A stretch of DNA of 64,000 nt. It comes from an uncultured Solirubrobacteraceae bacterium. GTDB taxonomy: Bacteria; Actinomycetota; Thermoleophilia; Solirubrobacterales; Solirubrobacteraceae. Of this stretch, positions 39,374-48,564 are shown in pieces. The position numbers and the translations under genes are program-made. The first letter of the stretch is position 1, and each line of letters starts with the position of its first letter. The stretch spans positions 15,655 through 79,654 of the forward strand of contig CAZOQI010000045.1 of the NCBI GenBank assembly GCA_964582105.1. Reading direction: 5' to 3'. The notes beneath the pieces were generated by a model. The model was not told the DNA's origin, made no database searches, and worked only from the letters and a program-made list of their open reading frames with translations.

Positions 39374-41065
39374 ATGACCGCGAACTTGCATACGATCAAT
39401 GTCTTGCGCTCTCTTTCATCCCTGAAGCTCCACGGTCCTCGTGGCCCTGTGGCGCTCACCGCGACCGTCCTGGCGGCGGTGCTCGCCGGCTGCGGCTCCT
39501 CGAGCAGCCCCCCGCTCGATCCCGCCACGGTCGTGCCCGCATCGGCGCCGCTGTACGTGGGCGCCGTCGTGCGGCCCAGCGGCAGCCTCAAGAGCGACAC
39601 GGTGGCGAGCGCCGGCAAGATCACGGGCTCAAGCGAACCCTTCAGCGGCCTCTTGAAGCTGCTCTCCCCCAGCGGACACCAGCTGAGCTACGACAACGAA
39701 GTCAAGCCGTGGCTGGGGGAACGCGCCGGGGCATTCGTCAGCTCGGTCAACGCGGCCAAGGTCGGCGAAGCGCTCACGGGCAGCCTCTCGCAGGCCCTCT
39801 CCGCCGCGAGCGTCGTGGGCTTCGGCGAAGGCATCCTGCAGACGCTGCTCGGCGGCAGGGTGGCCACGGGCGCGATCGTGCTCGACACCACCGATGTGAG
39901 CAAGGCTCGTGTCTTCCTGGAAGCGCGCGCCCAGGAAGCCGGCGCGCACGCCGCGAGCTACCGCGGCGTCTCCTACCAGGTGGCCGCCAACGGCGAGGCC
40001 GAGGCGATCGTGGGCAAGTTCGCCGTGCTCGGCAGCGAGGCCGCGCTGCGCAATGTGATCGAAACCGAGCAGGCGGGTCCCGCCGGCTCGATCGCGCGGG
40101 CGGCCGGCTACTCCAAGCTCGCCGCCGGCGCGGAAAAGGGTGCCCTCGCCAACATATACCTGCGCAGCGCCGGACTGCCCTCGCTGGGCGGCCTGCTGGG
40201 CGACAGCGAACAGGCATACATCTCGCTGCTGCCGTCCGCCACAGCGCTTGCGCTGGACATCGACACGATCTCCTCTTCAGGCGCAGCGCAGACGGGCACC
40301 GGCCTGCTGCCGGGCGCGAGCGCGGCGCAGTTCGCCGGCACGCTCCCGGGAGGCTCCTGGCTGGCGCTGGGCATCGGCGACACCGGCGCCACCTTCGGCC
40401 AGAGCGCCGCGACGTTGCGCTCGCTCGCCTCGTTGGCCACGAAGCTGAAAATCGGCAGCTTCAGCTTCGCAGGCGTGGTCGCCCCCCTCCTCTCCCCCAG
40501 CTTCGACCTCAACAGGGAACTGCTCAGCTGGATGGGCGCGAGCGCGGTGTTCGTCAGCGGCAACGGCCTGCTCAACCTCCAGGCCGGGCTCGTAGCCGCC
40601 TCCAAGGAACCCGCCGCCTCGCGCGCGGCGGTGGGCAGGCTCGCGCAGGCCTACCGCCAGGCGGGCGATGAAGTCACGCCCACCACGATCCCCGGCGCCG
40701 AAGAAGCGGCCACCGTGCGGATCAAGGGCTTCCCCGTGGTGATCGCGATCGGCGCCGGCCAGAGCCGCTTCGCCATCGGCCTCGGCCCGGCCTCCGTGCA
40801 GGAAGCGCTCAGCCCCTCCACGACGCTGGCCAACTCACCCGGCTATCAGGCGGCGGCCAAGACCCTCGGCCACGGGCTGCAGCCGAGCCTGCTGGTCGAA
40901 TTCCCGACGCTCGTGAGCCTCTTCGAAACCCTGGGGCTGGCGCAGGCGGAAGGCATCTCCACCGTCCTGCCCTCCCTGCGCGCGCTCGGCACGCTCAGCG
41001 GCGGCGGCGGGCAGGCGCTGGGCAACGGCGTCACGCGCGCGCGCGTGGTGCTGGGGCTGCAGTAG
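39374..41065 (+). CDS. lipoprotein, DUF3352-like
   Basis: Lipobox LAGC, VKPWLGE motif. Confidence 0.65.
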   Translation: MTANLHTINVLRSLSSLKLHGPRGPVALTATVLAAVLAGCGSSSSPPLDPATVVPASAPLYVGAVVRPSGSLKSDTVASAGKITGSSEPFSGLLKLLSPSGHQLSYDNEVKPWLGERAGAFVSSVNAAKVGEALTGSLSQALSAASVVGFGEGILQTLLGGRVATGAIVLDTTDVSKARVFLEARAQEAGAHAASYRGVSYQVAANGEAEAIVGKFAVLGSEAALRNVIETEQAGPAGSIARAAGYSKLAAGAEKGALANIYLRSAGLPSLGGLLGDSEQAYISLLPSATALALDIDTISSSGAAQTGTGLLPGASAAQFAGTLPGGSWLALGIGDTGATFGQSAATLRSLASLATKLKIGSFSFAGVVAPLLSPSFDLNRELLSWMGASAVFVSGNGLLNLQAGLVAASKEPAASRAAVGRLAQAYRQAGDEVTPTTIPGAEEAATVRIKGFPVVIAIGAGQSRFAIGLGPASVQEALSPSTTLANSPGYQAAAKTLGHGLQPSLLVEFPTLVSLFETLGLAQAEGISTVLPSLRALGTLSGGGGQALGNGVTRARVVLGLQ

Positions 41066-41090
41066 GGGCGACCCTTGGGCTTTCTGCCCT

Positions 41091-41543
41091 TTAGCCGGGG
41101 ACATCCACTGCGATGTTGGTGCGGCGCGTCAGGCCGACAAGCAGGTTGATGTCACCTGGATCGCCAGTGATGATCGTCACAGCGCATATGTAGCTGCGCT
41201 CTTCGGCCATCGCCACGACCTGCGCATCGGTCGTCGAAATGTCTTGGCGCGACTGCTGCAGCGCCTGGGCGCGCAACACACCAGCCCGGGTCGCGGCCGC
41301 AACGGTCAGCGGTGCGTAGATGTCTTCCTCGGCGCCAATCGCTTTGATCAGGCGGTCTATAAGCGCATCGGGACCTCGGCGACCGGAGCGAACCTCGGTG
41401 AGCACCGGAATGGGAATCAAGAGCGCCCCATCGAACCGCTGCTCAAGAAGCTCTACGTACGCAACAAGCAGATCGCGGCTGGTGGCCAGCGCGCTGACGC
41501 CGCCGCTGTCGAGCAGGAAGTCGCGGCGGTGGCGGCGGGTCAC
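41091..41543 (-). CDS. PIN-domain toxin
   Basis: LLDSGG, VLTEV, DAQVVA, IITGDPGD. Confidence 0.7.
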   Translation of the reverse strand: MTRRHRRDFLLDSGGVSALATSRDLLVAYVELLEQRFDGALLIPIPVLTEVRSGRRGPDALIDRLIKAIGAEEDIYAPLTVAAATRAGVLRAQALQQSRQDISTTDAQVVAMAEERSYICAVTIITGDPGDINLLVGLTRRTNIAVDVPG

Positions 41544-41722
41544 TCAGGCCAGGTGTCCGCGCGGGACTGAAGCTGAGGCAGGCGTGTCGTGCTGTCGGCG
41601 CCCTCAGCGACGAGCTCGTCGCGGAGCTTCCGCAAGCGTGCGCGCTGGGCGTCGCGGACCTTGGCATCATCCGCTGGCTGCTGCTTGACTTGCGTTGCGA
41701 TGGCGGCCTCCATTGCGTCCAT
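41540..41722 (-). CDS. small putative antitoxin
   Basis: 60 aa, GTGA overlap with the PIN gene. Confidence 0.45.
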   Translation of the reverse strand: MDAMEAAIATQVKQQPADDAKVRDAQRARLRKLRDELVAEGADSTTRLPQLQSRADTWPE

Positions 41723-41737
41723 TGTACCGCTCCGTCG

Positions 41738-43687
41738 TTACGTCGGCGCCCCGCTGAGCGTCCGCTCCACATCGCGCCGCGCGGGCGGTCGGTTCTCGGT
41801 CTCCACGATCACCCGGCAGGGGCGGTGGCTGAGCAGGTAGGTCGCGGTTGGCCCCACGCCCTGCTCGCCCGCGGGCGCGTGCAGCGTGGACCAGTAGATC
41901 ACGTCGGCGCCCACCCGCTGCGCCTCCTCCACCAGCGCCGCGCCCGGATGGCGCGTGCGGATCAGGCCGGTGTGGATCTTCAGGCCCGCCCGGCGCGCCT
42001 GGATGCGCGCGCTCTCAAGGACAGAGCGCCCCTGCGCCTCCTCTTCCTCCAGGCCCGCCTCCAGCGACAGCTGGCTGGGCACGGGCAGCACGAAGACCGC
42101 GTAGAGCACTCCCTCTTCGCCGATCAGCTTGGCGGCGCTGGAGAGCGCCGTTGCGCTCACGTCCTCGCCGAAGATCGGCACCAGCGCGGTGCGGTATGCG
42201 AGCTCCTGAAAGTCCGCCGGGCGCTCGAGGCGCTCGATGCGGTACTGCTCCGTGGGGCTCAGGCCCTGGCGGCGGCGGTAGTAGAGGTAGCCGCACATGC
42301 CCACGATCATCCAGGGGATGCCCACTATGCGCGCCTCCGTGTGATACACGATCACCGCCACCCAGGTGAGCGAGGTGCCGAGGCCGCCGATCACCGCCGT
42401 GAGGGGAATCGAGGAGCCGCGGATGCGCACGTTCCACGGCATCCGGTAGGGACGCTCGCGCTCGGGGTCCTTGATCCGCAGCGCCACCACCGCGATGGCG
42501 GCGGTGGTGAAGGACAGCATCGCCCCGAAGGAGTAGAGGTTGCCCAGCACGTTGGTGTTGCCATACAGGATCAGCACCCCCGCCAGCCCCGAGAAGAACA
42601 CGATCGTGAACCACGGCGTGCGGTAGCGCGAGTGCAGGCGCGAGAACACGCTGGGCAGCTGGCGGTGCTCGGCCAGCGACCACGACAGGCGCGAGATGCC
42701 GATCATGCCGGCGTTGGTGGCGATGAACAGGATCGTGGCCGCCAGCAGGCCCACGTAGTAGGTGGCGATGTGCAGCACCGCGCCGTGCATGCCCAGCCGC
42801 GAGACGATCCCCAGCACGGGATCGTTCTGGAAGAAGCCGCCGAGCGCGGTGGCGTAGCCGGGGTGCTGGAAGCTTTCCCCCAGAGCGGCGCTGTAGCCGG
42901 CGCCGTGGTGGATGACGGGCAGCGCCGAGAGGGCCACGAAGGAGATGCCCAGATACACCCCCAGCACGGCCAGCACCACGAGGTTGATGGCCTTGGGCAC
43001 CTCGCGGCCGGGGTCGCGCGCCTCCTCGGCCATGTTCGAGACGGTCTCGATGCCGGTGTAGGCGAGCATCGCCAGCGACAGCGCGAAGATCAGTTCGTGC
43101 CAACTCGGCGCCGTGCCCAGGCTCACCTGGTGGATCAAAAGCGAGGGATTGAGTACCAGCGCCGACCCCACGATCACCAGCAGGATCTGGGTGCTGAGAT
43201 CGGTGATGGCGAGGATGAAGTTGAGCTTGGCCGACTCCCCCAGCCCGCGAATGTTCAGCCCGGCCAGCACCACCACGGTGATCAGGCCGCCGATGATGTC
43301 CCCGGGGTTGTGATTGAGCGCTCCCAATCCCGGGAAGGCGCTGAGGTAGTGCGGCACGAAGAACGCCGAGATGGCGATCGTGAGGATGTAGTCGAGGCTC
43401 AGCGCCCAGCCGGCGAAGAAGGAGACGACCTCGTTGAAGGCGTGGCGTGCGAACGAGGAGGAGCCGCCCGCTTCGGGGAACATCGCCGCGCCCTCGGCGT
43501 AGGTCTTGGCGATCAGCGCGAACAGCCCGCCGGCGAAGAGGAACACCAGCGGGGTCAGGCCAAGGGCATGCGCAGCCACCAGCCCGAGGGCGTAGTAGAT
43601 GGAGGAGCCCACGTTGCCGTAGGCGGTCGCGAACAGCCCGGGGACTCCCACCGAACGCCGCAGGCCGTGCTCACTCAGACGTGCCAT
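41738..43687 (-). CDS. APC-family permease with C-terminal USP-like domain
   Basis: YGNVGSSIYY, FPEAGGS, YTGIETVSNMAEEA, many TMs; C-terminal GPTATYLL...PCRVIV. Confidence 0.88.
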   Translation of the reverse strand: MARLSEHGLRRSVGVPGLFATAYGNVGSSIYYALGLVAAHALGLTPLVFLFAGGLFALIAKTYAEGAAMFPEAGGSSSFARHAFNEVVSFFAGWALSLDYILTIAISAFFVPHYLSAFPGLGALNHNPGDIIGGLITVVVLAGLNIRGLGESAKLNFILAITDLSTQILLVIVGSALVLNPSLLIHQVSLGTAPSWHELIFALSLAMLAYTGIETVSNMAEEARDPGREVPKAINLVVLAVLGVYLGISFVALSALPVIHHGAGYSAALGESFQHPGYATALGGFFQNDPVLGIVSRLGMHGAVLHIATYYVGLLAATILFIATNAGMIGISRLSWSLAEHRQLPSVFSRLHSRYRTPWFTIVFFSGLAGVLILYGNTNVLGNLYSFGAMLSFTTAAIAVVALRIKDPERERPYRMPWNVRIRGSSIPLTAVIGGLGTSLTWVAVIVYHTEARIVGIPWMIVGMCGYLYYRRRQGLSPTEQYRIERLERPADFQELAYRTALVPIFGEDVSATALSSAAKLIGEEGVLYAVFVLPVPSQLSLEAGLEEEEAQGRSVLESARIQARRAGLKIHTGLIRTRHPGAALVEEAQRVGADVIYWSTLHAPAGEQGVGPTATYLLSHRPCRVIVETENRPPARRDVERTLSGAPT

Positions 43688-43886
43688 GCTCCGCCGCAGG
43701 GTATAGATCGGCGCGCCCATCTCGCCGTGCACGACCGCTGGTTGTGGCGGCCCCACCCGTCGCCTCTCCTCCGCGCCGGCTCCTCCCGGTTCGTGCAAGT
43801 TCCCGTGCAACAGGTGAGCCAAAGCAGGAACCGGCCGTATGATTCCGACGCCCGGGCATCACAACGACCTCCCGGCATCGATCGTC

Positions 43887-44363
43887 ATGGATAAGACGCG
43901 CCGCGGAAACTACAACTCGGGTGAGGACTTCGTCCTCGAATACGGCGAGCTGCGCTTCACCTTCAACGAAGCGGACTTCGCCGAGCGCTGCGAGCAGGCG
44001 GCGCTGAAGCTGGGCTTCGTCGGCGGGCGCCTCGGCGAGGACGAGCGCGAAGACCTCGTCAACCTCGCCGTCAACGGCGACATCCAGGACCCCGCCTCGG
44101 CATTGGGCGAGCACGTCAACGAGTGCTGGGCCGAGCTGGTGGGTCCGGCCGAGCGCTCGCTGGTGCACTGGCTGCGCCGTCTGGTCTTCCGCGGAGCGTG
44201 GCTGGATCAGCGCGTCAACGAGGGCGAGCTGGGCGTGGCCTTCGTGCCGGAGACCTGCAGCTTCCTCTACGTGCAGCCCACAGATTCCAGATCGGCGAGC
44301 AGCGGCGAGCCGATCGAGCTGGCGCCCGAGCCCTCGTGGGGCCGGGTGGCCTACAGGCGTTAG
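43887..44363 (+). CDS. hypothetical protein
   Basis: Host-like codon usage; TATGAT at 43838-43843 upstream. Confidence 0.6.
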   Translation: MDKTRRGNYNSGEDFVLEYGELRFTFNEADFAERCEQAALKLGFVGGRLGEDEREDLVNLAVNGDIQDPASALGEHVNECWAELVGPAERSLVHWLRRLVFRGAWLDQRVNEGELGVAFVPETCSFLYVQPTDSRSASSGEPIELAPEPSWGRVAYRR

Positions 44364-45616
44364 CCGGCCAGCGCCGCCGCGCGCGCGCGCACGATCGCCT
44401 GCGCGCCGTCCTCGCCCACCAGCAGCTCAGGGCGCAGCGTGCCGCTGTTCGCCAGGTCCAGCGCAGGCAGCCGCCCGGTGCCGGTGAGCGCCGCGTCGAG
44501 CGTGATCGTCGTGCTCTCGCCGCCGAGGGGACGGGAGGCGGTGGCGATCACCGTCAGCGAGCCGCCGTCAACCAGGTTGCGCGCGGCGCACAGCACCCGC
44601 CGCGCCACGTGCGCCTGCAGGCCGTCGAGGCCGTCGATCAGCACCAGCGCATCCGCGCCGCGCACGGCCACGCGCCGGGCGCCCTCCACGGCGTGCTCCA
44701 CAGCCTGGCCCTGCACCTCCGGGGAGGCCGCGAGGTTGAGCGCCACCGCGGGCGCCAGCGGCCCCCGCTGCCAGTCGCCGATCTCCTCGGGCCTCACGCC
44801 GGCCAGCAGGAGCGTCAGCTCCAGGCCCTCGCGCCCGGCGAGAGCGCCGAGGATGCGCCGCAGGGTCTCGCTCTTGCCCGCGCGAGCGGGACCCACGATC
44901 GCCACGCGCGAGCCCAGGCCGATGGGGGTCAGCCATTCGATCGCCTTCAGCGTCGGGTCCAGAGCGTCGAGCTCCAGGCGCCTGTCGGGGTGTGCCACGG
45001 GCAGGTCGTCGTAGCGGGGCCCCTCGGCGACGGCCTCCGCGGAGAGGCCGTTGATCGTGTCCACCTTCGCCAGCGAGGGATAGCGCTCACTGCGCCGCGG
45101 AGTCCTCACGGGGCCGCTCACGCGATCGCCGGAGACCAGCTCGCAGCGGCGCACCTGCGCGGCGGAGATGTACACGTCCTCGTCGGAGGGCTCCGGAGGG
45201 GACACCCGCAGGAAGGCTGAGCCGTTGCCCAGCAGCTCCACCACGCCCTCGGCGATGCGCTCCTCGCGCCGCTCGCCTGCCTCGCGCTCGCCTCGCTCCG
45301 GGCGCTCCTGCTGCAGCGTCCCACCCTCCGGCTCGGACTCGGCCGCGGTCCTGGAGCGGCGCCCGCGTCCACCACGCCGTCTGCGCACAGCGCCGGACTC
45401 ACGCTCCCCGCGCTCCCCGCGCTCCTCTCGGTCCGCGTCGGTGTCCGCGTCCGCGGCGGCCGGCGTTGACCCGCCGCCTCCGGTGCGGGCGATGATGGCG
45501 TCGATCAGATCCGCCTTGCGCAGCCTGCGAAAACCGTCGAGCCCCACCTGGTCGGCGATCGCGTGCAGGTCCGCCAGCGGGCTGACCTCCAGCTCGGGGC
45601 GCTCAAGTACCGCCAT
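44360..45616 (-). CDS. rho: Rho homologue with degenerate ATPase domain
   Basis: Rho N-terminal and RNA-binding domains (FLR, DVYISAAQVRR), PIGLGSR, GPARAGKS, RPEE, GSLTVIATA; catalytic motifs altered. Confidence 0.75.
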   Translation of the reverse strand: MAVLERPELEVSPLADLHAIADQVGLDGFRRLRKADLIDAIIARTGGGGSTPAAADADTDADREERGERGERESGAVRRRRGGRGRRSRTAAESEPEGGTLQQERPERGEREAGERREERIAEGVVELLGNGSAFLRVSPPEPSDEDVYISAAQVRRCELVSGDRVSGPVRTPRRSERYPSLAKVDTINGLSAEAVAEGPRYDDLPVAHPDRRLELDALDPTLKAIEWLTPIGLGSRVAIVGPARAGKSETLRRILGALAGREGLELTLLLAGVRPEEIGDWQRGPLAPAVALNLAASPEVQGQAVEHAVEGARRVAVRGADALVLIDGLDGLQAHVARRVLCAARNLVDGGSLTVIATASRPLGGESTTITLDAALTGTGRLPALDLANSGTLRPELLVGEDGAQAIVRARAAALAG

Positions 45617-45699
45617 GTCTCGTTCTCCTCGTGTCGATCTCTGGGTGGTTGGCGCCCGGTCGCGTTGGACAGCGACCGGCACCCGTGTGCACCAGCAGC

Positions 45700-46671
45700 C
45701 TACCGCTCATGGCCCTCGGGGCGCTCACAGCGGTGTTCCTCGGCGAGCGCCAGATCCCTGCGTGGCTCGAGCTCGCCGCGCAGAAACCTGCGCACGCGCA
45801 GGAAGTCGTGGACCTCGGCGACATCGTGCACGCGAAAGATGTGCGCGCCAATCTGCGCACCGTGGGCGACGGCGGCCAGCGTGCCCGCCAGCCGTTCGCG
45901 CGGCGGGCGGCGCAGGAGCGCGCCGATGAAGTCCTTGCGCGACACCGCCATCAGCAAGGGCAGGCGAAGCTGATGCAGGATCCCCACGTGGGAGAGCAGA
46001 TCGATCGTCTGCGCGGGCGTCTTGGCGAAGTCGGGGCCGGGATCCACGATCAACTGCTCGCGCCGGACGCCCAGCCCGAGCGCCAGCTCGATGCGCTCGC
46101 TCAGGAACTCCATCGCATCGGTCACGACGTCGCTGTACAGATCGGGGTCCTGCAGGCGCTCCCGCGGCTTCGCGCGCGTGTGCATCACCACCAGCGCCGC
46201 CCCACTCTGCGCGCACACCCTCGCCAGCTCAGGGTCGCGCAGGCCGCTCACGTCGTTGACGATGCTCGCCCCAGCCGCGATCGCCGCGCGGGCCACCTCG
46301 GGCTTGTAGGTGTCCACCGACACCAGCGGACGGGCGGGGCTCAGATCGCCGATCGCCGGCTCCTCCACGATGCGCTCGATGAGGGGCGCCACGAGGTCGA
46401 TCTCCTGCTGTGCAGCGACCGGCGGACGCCCCGTGGAAGCGGACTCGCCCCCCACATCCAGAATGTCCGCGCCCTGCCTCACCAGCTCGCGGGCCAGCGC
46501 CACGCGCTCGTCCACGCTCCCATAGCGCCCGCCGTCGCTGAAGGAGTCGGGCGAGGCGTTGACGATGCCCATCAGCAACGGGCGGGCGCCGAGCTCCACG
46601 TCTCGATCGCGGGCGTACAGCGTGCAGCGGTAGGGCCACTCGTGGACGCCATCGGGACCGGCGACCGTCAT
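45700..46671 (-). CDS. folP: dihydropteroate synthase
   Basis: GIVNASPDSFSDG, DVGGES, NDVSG, SRKDF, RVHDV. Confidence 0.94.
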   Translation of the reverse strand: MTVAGPDGVHEWPYRCTLYARDRDVELGARPLLMGIVNASPDSFSDGGRYGSVDERVALARELVRQGADILDVGGESASTGRPPVAAQQEIDLVAPLIERIVEEPAIGDLSPARPLVSVDTYKPEVARAAIAAGASIVNDVSGLRDPELARVCAQSGAALVVMHTRAKPRERLQDPDLYSDVVTDAMEFLSERIELALGLGVRREQLIVDPGPDFAKTPAQTIDLLSHVGILHQLRLPLLMAVSRKDFIGALLRRPPRERLAGTLAAVAHGAQIGAHIFRVHDVAEVHDFLRVRRFLRGELEPRRDLALAEEHRCERPEGHER

Positions 46672-46726
46672 GGGCGCGTCCCGGCGACGCCCGGGGAGAG
46701 GACCGCGGTCATCATCGTGGTCATCC

Positions 46727-48475
46727 TCACGCGCCTGTGAGCCCCTCGGCGCGGGCCTCCTGCGCGAAGCGCTCCACCTCCTGGGCCACACGCGCGGGGT
46801 CCCACTCCAGCTCGCGCGCCAGCACCTGCGCGACGCGCCCCACGGGGTCCCCGGTCAGCTCCCTCGCCCCCAGCAGCCCCAGGCGGGTGCGGCGCAGGAG
46901 CACGTCGCCGATGCTGCGCGCCTGCTCGTGGCGCGCGGCCAGGGCGGCCTCGGCCAGCAGGTCGGGCAGGCCGGCGAGGATCGGCTGAGCCAGCTCGCCG
47001 CGCTGCGCTGCCAGCTTGAGCACATCGTGGGCGGCGTGCCCGTAGCGCGCGGCCAGCGCCGGGTAGGACTCCTCGGGGACGCCCTCCACGCGGGGCAGCT
47101 CCTCCACGGCGACCCCCTCGCCGAGGGGGATCTCGTGCGTGCGGCAGGGGGCGTCGCGGGCTTCGCGCTCGACCAGGCGATCGACGGTCATCTTGGCCAT
47201 GCGCCGCCAGGTCGTGAGCTTGCCGCCGGTGATCGTGATCATGCCGCTGGAGGTCTCATACAGCTCGGCCTTGCGCGAGATGTCCACCGACTTGCGGCTG
47301 TCTCCGGTGGAGATCAGCGGGCGCACCCCGGCGAAGGCGCCCGTGAGCCGGCCGGGCGTGAGGGAGGTGGCGAAGAACTCGTTGATGGCCTGTAGGAGGT
47401 AGTCGATGTCCTCCGCGGGGGGGGCCACGTGCTCCAGCTCGGTGCCCTCGTAGTCGTTGTCGGTGGTGCCCACCAGGGTGCGCCCCAGCCAGGGCAGCGC
47501 AAAGATCGTGCGCCCCCCGCCGGCGGGCACGATGGCGCCGGCGAGCAGCGGCAGGTCCTCGTGGCGCAGCGTCACGTGCGTGCCGCGGCTGGGGCGGATG
47601 CGCAGTTCGGACTCCCCGCGCAGCTCCTCGGGGCTGAGCTCGTCGGCCCACACGCCCGTGGCGTTGACGACGTTGGCGGCGCGCAGCTCGAACTCGGCGC
47701 CGCTCTCGGCGTCCCTGGCCAGCACCCCCCGCGCGCGGCCGCCCGGCTCGGAGCGCAGCATGGCGGTGGCGTCGACGCGGTTGGCGATGAGCGCCCCGAA
47801 GCGCTCGGCCTCGCCCAGCACCGTGAGCACCAGGCGCACGTCGTCGGTCTGGCAGTCGTAGAAGAGATAGCCGCTGGTGGGCTCGCGCGGCGCCAGCGCG
47901 GGGAGCATCTCGATCACCTCCTCCCCGGAGATCGTGCGATGGCGCGCGGGGCTCCAGGAGGCGTCCGTATCCTCCGGCACCTGCACCGCCCCCTCCCCGC
48001 TCCCGGCGGCGGTGGCGGCCTGGGCCTGCTGCTGAGCGGTGGAGGCGCCGCGCTCGGATCGCGCCCGGCGCCCGCGGCGGGTGCGCAGGCGCTCGCGGTC
48101 CACGGACATGACGTCGTAGAGATTGAGGCCCACGCCCATCAGACGATCGGGGCGGGCGCCCTCGAAAGCGGGCACCACCAGCGGCAGGGGATGCACGAGG
48201 TGGGGCGCCAGCGCGACCATCAGCTGACGCTCCAGAAGCGCCTCGCGCACCAGTCCCAGATCGAAGTTCTGCAGGTAGCGCAGGCCGCCGTGCACGAGCT
48301 TGCTGGAGCGGCTGGAGGTCCCGGCGGCGAAGTCGTGGCGCTCGATCAGGGCCACGCTGTAGCCGCGCGTGGCGGCGTCCAGGGCGACGCCCGCCCCGGT
48401 GATGCCCCCGCCCACGACGAGCACGTCGAACTCCTCCCCGGCGAGGGCCGCGAGGGCCTGGGCGCGCGCGATCAC
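46727..48475 (-). CDS. glpD: FAD-dependent glycerol-3-phosphate dehydrogenase/oxidase
   Basis: GGGITG, GTSSRSSKLVHGGLRYL, GGKLTTWR. Confidence 0.9.
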   Translation of the reverse strand: MIARAQALAALAGEEFDVLVVGGGITGAGVALDAATRGYSVALIERHDFAAGTSSRSSKLVHGGLRYLQNFDLGLVREALLERQLMVALAPHLVHPLPLVVPAFEGARPDRLMGVGLNLYDVMSVDRERLRTRRGRRARSERGASTAQQQAQAATAAGSGEGAVQVPEDTDASWSPARHRTISGEEVIEMLPALAPREPTSGYLFYDCQTDDVRLVLTVLGEAERFGALIANRVDATAMLRSEPGGRARGVLARDAESGAEFELRAANVVNATGVWADELSPEELRGESELRIRPSRGTHVTLRHEDLPLLAGAIVPAGGGRTIFALPWLGRTLVGTTDNDYEGTELEHVAPPAEDIDYLLQAINEFFATSLTPGRLTGAFAGVRPLISTGDSRKSVDISRKAELYETSSGMITITGGKLTTWRRMAKMTVDRLVEREARDAPCRTHEIPLGEGVAVEELPRVEGVPEESYPALAARYGHAAHDVLKLAAQRGELAQPILAGLPDLLAEAALAARHEQARSIGDVLLRRTRLGLLGARELTGDPVGRVAQVLARELEWDPARVAQEVERFAQEARAEGLTGA

Positions 48476-48564
48476 GACTGCCAGTCTCTCAGAAGCAGGC
48501 GGCCCCAACCGGCCATCCGGCCTCGGGCGCCGGCGACGCGGCGGTGGTGGCGGTGATGTCCGTC

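Noticed and set aside
43690..43840. c-di-AMP (ydaO) riboswitch before the APC transporter
   Set aside because: Conserved GCUGAAUC and CAGCUAAC-type elements not seen.
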